In this document: in pieces, positions 56,566-64,000 of the stretch
Position numbering within the stretch: the stretch's first letter is position 1
Layout: each line of letters begins with the position of its first letter
Origin: a virus
Lineage: Duplodnaviria; Caudoviricetes
IMG/VR virus record: IMGVR_UViG_3300020049_008087
Location: 1 to 64,000 of that record
Reading direction: 5' to 3' (one strand)
Length of the DNA: 64,000 nucleotides
Notes under the pieces: generated by a model
The model's database searches: none
Told to the model about the DNA's origin: nothing
The model's input: only the letters and a program-made list of their open reading frames with translations
Translations under genes and position numbers: made by a program

Positions 56566-57112
56566 CTCCGCACCAACTTTCCCAAGGAAATACAATCCAA
56601 CCTGGATCGTTTACTTCATTAACTTCTGTACCTGAATATCTGACATTGATTTCGCTCTTGCTTGATTCTTTGTTGTACAGTGTTGCCACTCTCACATTGC
56701 TGTCCCATACCACATTCCATGCATGGTGTTGAGGGAAACAACTGGATTGCCAATCCATTTTGATCCAATTGAGTGTGGCACCTGTGTCATTGATATCGTC
56801 AACAATCAGGATATTTTTCTTGCAGCTGGGATCAACAGTGGTTCCAGAATCACCTCGTTGATCAAATGGTATATACCCAATTGCATTTTCTGCCATCCAA
56901 CAATTGCTCTCGCACTCAGAGTCATCTCGCAAACTCACTTTCAATGTTTGCATTTTACAGTTAAACCAGTTGCTTAGCAACACGGCTGGTACAAGTCCAC
57001 CTCGTGTAATACCCACTATGTAATCGGGTACCCATTGATCTCGGCTGATCTGCTTGGCTATGTTTAAACAAAGCATTTCAACCTCTCCATAATTAACGTA
57101 TGTTTTCTTCAT
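56558..57112 (-). CDS. type I phosphoribosyltransferase (Gpt-like)
   Basis: VGITRGGLVPA, ILIVDDINDTGATL, WIVFPWE. Confidence 0.85.
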   Translation of the reverse strand: MKKTYVNYGEVEMLCLNIAKQISRDQWVPDYIVGITRGGLVPAVLLSNWFNCKMQTLKVSLRDDSECESNCWMAENAIGYIPFDQRGDSGTTVDPSCKKNILIVDDINDTGATLNWIKMDWQSSCFPQHHAWNVVWDSNVRVATLYNKESSKSEINVRYSGTEVNEVNDPGWIVFPWESWCGDE

Positions 57113-57113
57113 G

Positions 57114-57638
57114 TTATCTTTCATAGCTTGCTGAGTTACCAGCATGTTCAAATACTTCCACTGACCGTAGCTTGACTCCAGAACCAACTGGGTAACGTGC
57201 TTCAAACACACGACCATCTGGATGAGTCCAACCACGAGATTGTTGGTATGCAGTTAAGATTTCGCTCATTGTACGATATGCTAATTCAGCAAACATCTCA
57301 CAGCCAACAGCTTCAACTAAACGTAAATCTAATACGCCGCCTTCTGCTTGTTTACCCAACTTGGCCAGTTCTTTAAACTTTGGCAAGTGAGGATCGTCCA
57401 GTGCAATAACTGTGGTATGATCAAACTGCCATTCACTCCACTCTTTAAACGCCTTGAGGCCACCAAAGTCCATGACCCAATTGCGATCATCTAAGGTTTC
57501 GCTTTCAAATACAAGTTTGATACCAATTGAGTATCCATGCAGCAGTGAACAGTGGCTGTGTGAGCTACGCCATTGTCTAAAGCAGCATGATAAGCCGCGG
57601 TCGTTACCGTATGTTTTTGTTGATAGATATGTTGCCAT
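57114..57638 (-). CDS. queD: 6-carboxy-5,6,7,8-tetrahydropterin synthase
   Basis: HCSLLHGY, DFGGLK, FDH, GCEMFAE, EHAGNSA. Confidence 0.88.
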   Translation of the reverse strand: MATYLSTKTYGNDRGLSCCFRQWRSSHSHCSLLHGYSIGIKLVFESETLDDRNWVMDFGGLKAFKEWSEWQFDHTTVIALDDPHLPKFKELAKLGKQAEGGVLDLRLVEAVGCEMFAELAYRTMSEILTAYQQSRGWTHPDGRVFEARYPVGSGVKLRSVEVFEHAGNSASYER

Positions 57639-57647
57639 TTTATTGCT

Positions 57648-57686
57648 CCTATGTGTAATTATAACATAGGCTGTAGAATTTGTAAA
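57648..57686 (-). promoter_or_regulatory. sigma70 promoter nested in an SD-sequestering hairpin upstream of queD
   Basis: TTTACA-17-TATAAT; CCTATGT/ACATAGG stem covers AGGAG. Confidence 0.55.
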
Positions 57687-57718
57687 GCGGGATAAAGCCC
57701 AGAAAGGCCGCTGTGTTG

Positions 57719-58192
57719 CTATTTGTTTAATGTACTGGTAATGTGTGCTTCTGCCACACGCTTGCGCAGGCTGCTGCTACTGAAACTGTGGTCACGCCCA
57801 TTATAGATAATTTCAATGTTGCGTTTATTGCAAATATCCTTGCCAGTGAAGTCCTGATTTTTATACTCTACACCCAAAATCCTAACGTCAACTGGCAATA
57901 TCAACAGTAGGTCTTCCACATCCTTTTCAGTTTGGTAGACCACAATCTCATCTACAAAACGGGTAGCACTCAATTGTATTTGTCGTTCAACTATACTTTG
58001 GATTGGTTTGTTTTTGGTATCTGGTCTATCTATGGTGGCATCGGTTTGCAATGCTGCAATTAGATAATCACAGTGATTCTTGGCTTCACTCAACATGGCG
58101 ATATGTCCTGCATGTAAGATATCAAATTGACTAAACACGATACCAATACGTTTACCCTCTTGCTTGAGTTCTTTTATCTTGTTGAATATCAT
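57719..58192 (-). CDS. cytidylyltransferase (TagD-like)
   Basis: FDILHAGH (HxGH), ERQIQL...VDEI, R.HSFSSS.LR. Confidence 0.85.
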   Translation of the reverse strand: MIFNKIKELKQEGKRIGIVFSQFDILHAGHIAMLSEAKNHCDYLIAALQTDATIDRPDTKNKPIQSIVERQIQLSATRFVDEIVVYQTEKDVEDLLLILPVDVRILGVEYKNQDFTGKDICNKRNIEIIYNGRDHSFSSSSLRKRVAEAHITSTLNK

Positions 58193-58374
58193 ACCATTTC
58201 CTCTACCACGCCGAAAATCTCTGCGGCGATAAGAAACACACCAGCAAGTATAATGCTCTGTGGCCAAACAAGAGCGATGCCAGCCGCAATTCTAATAGCA
58301 CTCTTGATAAGACTCACATAAAAGTGTCCCCGGCTGGTATCTTTGGGTTGTATCTCTATCGTGTCATTCATCAT
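58189..58374 (-). CDS. small membrane protein
   Basis: hydrophobic C-half. Confidence 0.5.
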   Translation of the reverse strand: MMNDTIEIQPKDTSRGHFYVSLIKSAIRIAAGIALVWPQSIILAGVFLIAAEIFGVVEEMV

Positions 58375-58506
58375 TTTTCTTACCTCGTGGGCAATCGCAC
58401 GGCTGTCTGCCCTGCATGCAAGTACCAGTGCAACCTGGAGTGCTATTCATATATAGCAGCGCCGTATTGATCACCAGGCCAACTGCAATTACACACATGA
58501 TTACTA

Positions 58507-59190
58507 TTAGCATTTTGTATTGCCTCTGGCAATCTGATAGAACTCTGCTCTGACTGCAGGATCAGATTTAAATCCACCACCCAATCGGCTGGTTACAGTA
58601 GAACTGCCAGTATCTTCTACACCACGTGATTTAACGCAATAGTGCTGTGCCTCAATCATGACCGCTACATCATCTGTTTCCAAGATGAAACACAGTGCAT
58701 GAAATACTTGCTCAGTTAACCGTTCTTGAATCTGTGGACGCTTTGAGAAATACTCTACAATACGATTGATCTTGCTGAGTCCCAGTACCTTTTGTTTGGG
58801 TACATAGGCCACAGTGGCCAAGCCATCGATGATAACAAAGTGATGCTCACAATTGCTTTGTACGTTGACATTGCGTTCAACTACCATTTCATTGTAGTGC
58901 ATTTTGTTATCTACTGCAGTGCATTTGGGGAATGCTTCATAATCAAGACCCCAAAAAATTTCATTGCAATACATTTTAGCAACACGCTTTGGTGTATCCA
59001 TAAGACTATCATCACTTAGGTCTAACCCTAATGTTTCCATAATACCTTTGAAGTGCTTTTCAATGATATCAATCTTTTCTTTACGGTCAATAATACTAGA
59101 AATAGTTGGAGTTTCAACTCCCATTTTAACTAGATATTCGTGAACCGCTTGACCCAATACAGGATCTGTTTTTGTTTTATTGTATGACAT
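58507..59190 (-). CDS. folE: GTP cyclohydrolase I
   Basis: TPKRVAKM, SNCEHH, GLSKINR, RPQIQERL, QHYCVKSRG. Confidence 0.95.
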   Translation of the reverse strand: MSYNKTKTDPVLGQAVHEYLVKMGVETPTISSIIDRKEKIDIIEKHFKGIMETLGLDLSDDSLMDTPKRVAKMYCNEIFWGLDYEAFPKCTAVDNKMHYNEMVVERNVNVQSNCEHHFVIIDGLATVAYVPKQKVLGLSKINRIVEYFSKRPQIQERLTEQVFHALCFILETDDVAVMIEAQHYCVKSRGVEDTGSSTVTSRLGGGFKSDPAVRAEFYQIARGNTKC

Positions 59191-59298
59191 ATGAACCTTC
59201 CTTTGTGATGGTTTGTTTTTGATTTGTGTAACCGTTGTGTTACATCTTTATTTAGCATTTGCGGCAGAAGTTGTTTTAAAACTTCTGCCTGGTTCATA

Positions 59299-59502
59299 TT
59301 AGTTACTGAAGTATTTGTTTAGTGCTTCCAGCTTGTCCATATACTCTGCAATGTAAGCTATCTCTTTTTCAATAGCATCCATGATATCACTGTGTTCGTG
59401 AATTGCAGTGGGGTTACTTAACATTACCTCTACGTTAATACGATGTTTATCTACATGCGCCTGGTAGTGGGCGCGGCTTGCGTCAATCAGTTGTGTTCTC
59501 AT
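59299..59502 (-). CDS. conserved T4-like hypothetical protein
   Basis: NVEVML.NP..I.EHSD. Confidence 0.55.
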   Translation of the reverse strand: MRTQLIDASRAHYQAHVDKHRINVEVMLSNPTAIHEHSDIMDAIEKEIAYIAEYMDKLEALNKYFSN

Positions 59503-59525
59503 AGTTTCCTCTAAGTTAGTTATTC

Positions 59526-59735
59526 TCAGGAAGGACGACGATCATCAGCCCAGCAGTTTTTGGGATACTTGCCCGACTTGAGTTTGTCGTACTGACGATA
59601 TGCAAACTGTCGCATATCATACAAATGTGCCTCATCAAATTTATACCCATAGTCCACACAGAACTCCAAGTATTTTTCCAAGTCATCAAAAATCTGTTTG
59701 ACTTTGGGATTGTGTTTGATAATAACTTTTGCCAT
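59526..59735 (-). CDS. hypothetical protein
   Basis: AAGGA SD. Confidence 0.5.
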   Translation of the reverse strand: MAKVIIKHNPKVKQIFDDLEKYLEFCVDYGYKFDEAHLYDMRQFAYRQYDKLKSGKYPKNCWADDRRPS

Positions 59736-59744
59736 TTTGTTTCC

Positions 59745-60227
59745 TTAAATTTTTATTTGATTAATAGGTTTTAGTACATTGTAATAGATCGTGGCGCCAT
59801 TCTCACCATCTTCGCTTATGGTAATCTCAACATCACGTTCTGGGTAACGACCGGCGATTTGTTCGTATAAATCGTCGGCAATCATTTCGCAGCTCTTGAA
59901 GTTCAATTCTAACACACCTGTGTATAAACTGTCAAGCCAGCGTTTGACCTGAATAAATTCAATATCCCGATCATTATGGAATACCTGAATGGCCACGTTG
60001 AAATGGAACATGTGCCTATGTGGGTTAGCCAAAAAACTCACATCATATTGGTCATTGGTTTTTAGATTGGGATCAGTTGCTGCCGCAGGATAACAATGGA
60101 TACCTTCACGTTGGAAGGTAACAAAGATCATGCGTCTGGCATCTTGCCTGATTCTATTTCTGGTTTCTTGTAGTGCGTGTTGCCTTTGGTCCACGTTATT
60201 CTCCGAGGTCAACGGTATCATGATCAT
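59745..60227 (-). CDS. second QueD-like T-fold protein (candidate DpdL-type CDG decarboxylase)
   Basis: EGIH...LANPHRHMF (L-x3-HRH-x-F instead of C-x3-HGH), SCEMIA, SEDGENGA. Confidence 0.6.
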   Translation of the reverse strand: MIMIPLTSENNVDQRQHALQETRNRIRQDARRMIFVTFQREGIHCYPAAATDPNLKTNDQYDVSFLANPHRHMFHFNVAIQVFHNDRDIEFIQVKRWLDSLYTGVLELNFKSCEMIADDLYEQIAGRYPERDVEITISEDGENGATIYYNVLKPINQIKI

Positions 60228-60402
60228 GATCCCATTGTAGTTTGGTTAAACGATTAATCTCGTCCTTGAGAGCCAATCTTTGCTTTTTCAGTGATGCAGT
60301 ATTTTCCACAGCAGTGTGTGGATGGTTGCGTTCAATGTCATCAATTTGTTTGTTTAGTACTTTGTGCATTTCTTCTAGGTGTTTAATCTTGGTTTTATAC
60401 AT
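60196..60402 (-). CDS. DUF465/YdcH-like coiled-coil protein
   Basis: LEEMH..L..QI...LKKQRLALKDEI. Confidence 0.6.
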   Translation of the reverse strand: MYKTKIKHLEEMHKVLNKQIDDIERNHPHTAVENTASLKKQRLALKDEINRLTKLQWDHDHDTVDLGE

Positions 60403-62028
60403 TTAGTCCTCCAAATTACGTTGCATAAGTTCAGTTTCGTCATTCGCCCATGTTTCATCTATTCCCATTGAGGGAATATCCAGTACAGCATTTACCTTTA
60501 CTACCCCTTCACGGAACAATTTGTTATATTGTGTCAATGAATTTGTTGCCTTCTTGCCGCTAAATCCCTGACTGCCACTTTTGAATTGAACCCAGAACCA
60601 ATTGTATTCTTCAATCTTGGCAAGACTGGCTGCTCTGTCTTTGAGACTGAAGATTTCTTCAGCCACCTCACTAAACCTGACTCTGCTGAATTTCTCATGC
60701 ATTAGCATACCAGGAGTTACTCCTGCATCGTATTGTCTGTTGGCCTCTTGCACTGCCACCAAGTGTTGATGCACATTGTGTCCTTGTAGCAGTGTGTAAC
60801 TGAGTGTATCCCAACTGGTCTTAGTTTCTTTACCATGATTGCCCAAGAATCCTTGCCCACGATAACACATGTCCTTAAGCAACAGTTTATCAGTTACTGG
60901 ACTATCTGTGAAGTCTGTATGGATACCGTCAGCCAATACCGCATCTCTGAATTTACGTGTATCAGTAGAGTAGGATTTTTTCTCAGCAGTTTTCTCCATG
61001 GTATAAGTCCACTTCTTACCATGTTCAATGTAAGTGTTGTTATACGCCAGTCCTTTGGCAGCAGCAAAGAATGGGCTTGCACAGTCAAAGCTAATGGTAA
61101 GCTGTGGATTATGATGCTTGCGAATTGCTCGTTGTACATCACTGAACAACAATGCCCATTCTAATATACTGGTTCCCAAACAGTGAATCCAATCATGCAC
61201 GCCTTCTTTTAGTAGGCCATCGTGTATGATATTGACCACACGCTTGAGAAAGAGGCTGACATCAACTTTAGTTTGACCTCCCATTGCCCAACCGTTGAAA
61301 TGATTATCGGGATATTTTACAGGATCACAATAGTCTTTCATCTCAGCATACCAATCATCGCTCTGTTGATGATTACGACCTTGTAGCACGTTTAAGAATT
61401 TACATTTACCACTACGATTCTCAATAAAATATTTGTTATTGATATGTGTAGCTTTAACTGCATCTTCAATCGTTTTGATACCATGCAGCGAAACACCTGA
61501 ACCGGGTATAATTACACCCTTGGCATCTTTCTTCAGAGTTTTGGGATCTTGTAAGTGATGGGTAATAAGTGACTGCGATGGAATATCAAGTACCATACCA
61601 TAGTCCATATAAGTATCCATCCAAGCCAATACTTGTTTACGCTTTTTCATTGCACGTGGGCAATTGGGATCCTTCCAATCTGCAGGCCATTGACCTTTTA
61701 AGATTTGGAATCCACCACTGTCACCCAACATGAATGTACCCTTTTCACGTTCATGCACGATGCTTTCGCCATTGCCCTGTTTCTTGGGATCAAGTTCAGC
61801 GTGACCTGCACTGTACAGTGCCCACTTGTAGGGGAACAATGCTTGTTGACTGTTCAGGAAGTTCATTGCTTCCAAGTCAGGGATACCCTGTGGTATTCTG
61901 GCAGCAGGAAAATAGTTTTCACCTTTTCGTTGTTTGCCCAATCCAGTGATATAGAATGTACTGAGTGCAGGCAAGAATAGTGCCCAATCGGGTTTTTGTT
62001 TACTTGTTAAATCATCTTGTTCTATCAT
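60403..62028 (-). CDS. dpdA: TGT-fold guanine transglycosylase (DpdA-like)
   Basis: LGDSGGFQ, MVLDIP, NVLQG, AMGG, HCLG, SFDCASP. Confidence 0.75.
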   Translation of the reverse strand: MIEQDDLTSKQKPDWALFLPALSTFYITGLGKQRKGENYFPAARIPQGIPDLEAMNFLNSQQALFPYKWALYSAGHAELDPKKQGNGESIVHEREKGTFMLGDSGGFQILKGQWPADWKDPNCPRAMKKRKQVLAWMDTYMDYGMVLDIPSQSLITHHLQDPKTLKKDAKGVIIPGSGVSLHGIKTIEDAVKATHINNKYFIENRSGKCKFLNVLQGRNHQQSDDWYAEMKDYCDPVKYPDNHFNGWAMGGQTKVDVSLFLKRVVNIIHDGLLKEGVHDWIHCLGTSILEWALLFSDVQRAIRKHHNPQLTISFDCASPFFAAAKGLAYNNTYIEHGKKWTYTMEKTAEKKSYSTDTRKFRDAVLADGIHTDFTDSPVTDKLLLKDMCYRGQGFLGNHGKETKTSWDTLSYTLLQGHNVHQHLVAVQEANRQYDAGVTPGMLMHEKFSRVRFSEVAEEIFSLKDRAASLAKIEEYNWFWVQFKSGSQGFSGKKATNSLTQYNKLFREGVVKVNAVLDIPSMGIDETWANDETELMQRNLED

Positions 62029-62363
62029 GTAGTCTCTTGTTTTACCAATGCCATAATAATATCCAATTGCTCCTTAGCATCCTTGACTGCAGGATACTGC
62101 TCTGCGAGTGCAAGAATACGTTTTTCTTCTTCCATCTTTCTAGCAGCCCATTGCATGATATCACTACCATGCAATGACATTTCCAGCGTGACATAATTGT
62201 TAGTAAAGGGCATCCAATTGCCACCATCAAATACATCAAGACTTTGATTGGTAGCATTAAATCTCACCATGCCAGCACCGCTACCATTGTTGCCTATGTA
62301 GGGTGCGCTGGTACCTCCTGTCACTGCTAGATATGGGCTGCTACAATTGATGTTTTTGATCAT
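62025..62363 (-). CDS. hypothetical protein
   Basis: coupled ORF. Confidence 0.5.
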   Translation of the reverse strand: MIKNINCSSPYLAVTGGTSAPYIGNNGSGAGMVRFNATNQSLDVFDGGNWMPFTNNYVTLEMSLHGSDIMQWAARKMEEEKRILALAEQYPAVKDAKEQLDIIMALVKQETT

Positions 62364-63091
62364 TTTGATTGAGCAGGAATCAAGTAACGATACACTGCCA
62401 AACCACTGTCAACTGTAATCTCAGCTACACCTTGATCACTGATCTTCATGGTCTTGTCACCACTCAGACTCAAGATGTTGATAACTTGTGCAACTGGCCA
62501 CTGCCATGCTCTGGTCATGCTGCCACCAACTCCAGCGTGAAACACAAAATTACCACTGTGTGTTGCTGGGTCACCAAAGTAGACCTTTAAGTCATTGTTT
62601 TCAATTTTAGTAGTAAACTGTGGTTCTTCACTGTTGGCCTGTGCCTGCTTTTTCAAACGCAAGATACTGGCTACACTGGGATTGAACTCACAATGCCACA
62701 CTGCTCCTTTGAAGGTGACATCCTTAATTTTACCACTGACAACCATTTCACTCATCAAGCGATAGTCATTGACAAAATCGCCCGTGCTTGTTTCAAAGTG
62801 AATTGACTCAGGAACTAGTCCAGCACCCTTGTCAGCACGTTTAACCGTGATAAGGGAAGTTTCATCGTAGTCATCAAAACTAAGAATAGTTTTAAGTTTG
62901 CCCAAGTTAGGCATACCAAACACGCCAATGAAATCTGCAATAGGACTGTTGAATTGTCCTTCAATTACTACAGTGTTGCCTTCAGTGACTGCATTGATCT
63001 TGGATTCAACATCAGTGCCAGTAATCTTGATCACATCCATGTTACCAACAGTAACTGTATGCTCAATCAAATCTAATAAATAATCTTTCAA
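62360..63091 (-). CDS. probable DNA polymerase sliding clamp (gp45-like)
   Basis: 243 aa, FGMPNL.KL motif, directly downstream of the DNA polymerase. Confidence 0.55.
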   Translation of the reverse strand: MKDYLLDLIEHTVTVGNMDVIKITGTDVESKINAVTEGNTVVIEGQFNSPIADFIGVFGMPNLGKLKTILSFDDYDETSLITVKRADKGAGLVPESIHFETSTGDFVNDYRLMSEMVVSGKIKDVTFKGAVWHCEFNPSVASILRLKKQAQANSEEPQFTTKIENNDLKVYFGDPATHSGNFVFHAGVGGSMTRAWQWPVAQVINILSLSGDKTMKISDQGVAEITVDSGLAVYRYLIPAQSK

Positions 63092-63170
63092 AATATTCTC
63101 CTTGTGTTAATATATTTAGGTAAGTGTTACACGTATTATAATGGATTTTTTTGCGGAATGCAATAGCAAT

Positions 63171-64000
63171 TTAACCAAATGTAAACAATGAATCAAATGT
63201 TGAATTCACATCAGTGCTATCACGCAAGTCCCAATTTAATACTCCCAGTAGATTGTCTATCTTTTCATCTACCAATGTTTTTTCCATCTCATTATCATCA
63301 AACGGTAACTCACAAAACCACTTGGGTAATCTGAGTTCGTCTGTTGGGTAAGCTACGCTGGTAAAGCCCAAGGGATTGGGTTTCAATTTGCATACGATAA
63401 TTTTCATACCATCTACGATTGTTTGGCTATAGTTATCACCATTTATCCTACGCAAGTAATTCCAATTCAATGCTGCACGAACGTGTCCAGGCATATTGGC
63501 TCTGCCAGTTTTACTGGACTGCTCTTTCTCATTGTACATGGTCAACTTGTTTACTGACTTGGGACTACCCTTGGTCCAACTTGATTGCTTGCCCAAGATG
63601 ATCTTGAAGTCCTTGATCAGAGCAATTACAGTTTCACGATCTCCGCCACCCAATACACATTCCAATACACTCATCAGAAACTCTTGTACATATTTGGGTG
63701 TGTCAGCACGTTTTAAATCCAAACCCATGGCTTTAATTTCACCCATCTTGCCATTGACATCTTTACGCTTGCCCTCTTTGTCATAGATATTGACTGCATA
63801 GCGCTTTTTGGTAATGAATATGCTGCGGTCAGCAACCAATTCTCTACCTGCACGAATGATGGATCCCTTGTTTCTGGGACAATGAAATGCTCGTTCCATA
63901 AAGCCAGGAAAGCTTTCATTGATTTGGTCAGCTATGCCATCATACAGTTGCACTGCAATATCTTTGTTCCAGTCCATGACACCAGCGGCAATTTCATCCT
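63171..64000 (-). CDS. family B DNA polymerase, C-terminal part (continues beyond the window)
   Basis: TKKRYA, KAMGLDLKRADTP, HVRAALNWN; frame open to the window edge. Confidence 0.88.
   Translation of the reverse strand, partial: DEIAAGVMDWNKDIAVQLYDGIADQINESFPGFMERAFHCPRNKGSIIRAGRELVADRSIFITKKRYAVNIYDKEGKRKDVNGKMGEIKAMGLDLKRADTPKYVQEFLMSVLECVLGGGDRETVIALIKDFKIILGKQSSWTKGSPKSVNKLTMYNEKEQSSKTGRANMPGHVRAALNWNYLRRINGDNYSQTIVDGMKIIVCKLKPNPLGFTSVAYPTDELRLPKWFCELPFDDNEMEKTLVDEKIDNLLGVLNWDLRDSTDVNSTFDSLFTFG

Noticed and set aside
59195-59290. preQ1 riboswitch upstream of folE (TGTAAC/GTTACA stem plus A-rich tail)
   Set aside because: Loop length and sequence do not fit the preQ1-I consensus. The adjacent GGCAGAAGTT/AACTTCTGCC stem is more simply a terminator-like hairpin.
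1-64000. Stop-codon reassignment, tRNA or rRNA genes
   Set aside because: Conserved enzymes are full length in code 11, and no cloverleaf or rRNA-like sequence was recognised by eye. A tRNAscan run is still advisable.

Overview
64 kb segment of a large T4-like (jumbo-type) dsDNA bacteriophage, about 40% GC, standard genetic code, mostly minus-strand and very gene-dense. The host is probably a proteobacterium (inferred from sigma70 promoters and IF-1/Clp/QueD-type genes). Recognisable genes: tail-collar fibre, Fe/Mn SOD, IF-1, HAD nucleotidase fusion, dCMP deaminase, metallophosphoesterase, ClpP/ClpS/Hsp20/ClpX, ATP-dependent DNA ligase, RNase H/5'-3' exonuclease, UvdE, a 7-deazaguanine locus (FolE, QueD, QueE, QueD-like, TGT/DpdA-like, plus glycosyl-, phosphoribosyl- and cytidylyl-transferases), a probable sliding clamp, the 3' end of a family-B DNA polymerase, and six free-standing endonucleases. 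The most unusual signals are: (1) about 18 paralogous mini-genes (MNERI...KFAELIVxEC...HFGVEE) at 12.8-24.5 kb whose N- and C-halves are reassorted at a nucleotide-conserved core; (2) a second family of about 19 mini-genes ending F-x-L-R-W, with both families' C-terminal codons encoding the Shine-Dalgarno of the next gene; (3) a conserved, covarying two-hairpin leader shared by three divergent GIY-YIG endonucleases; (4) an HNH gene that duplicated the first 43 bp of queE; (5) a ROSE-like RNA thermometer on hsp20. All product calls come from motif recognition by eye; no database search was run. No tRNA, rRNA or CRISPR array was recognised.
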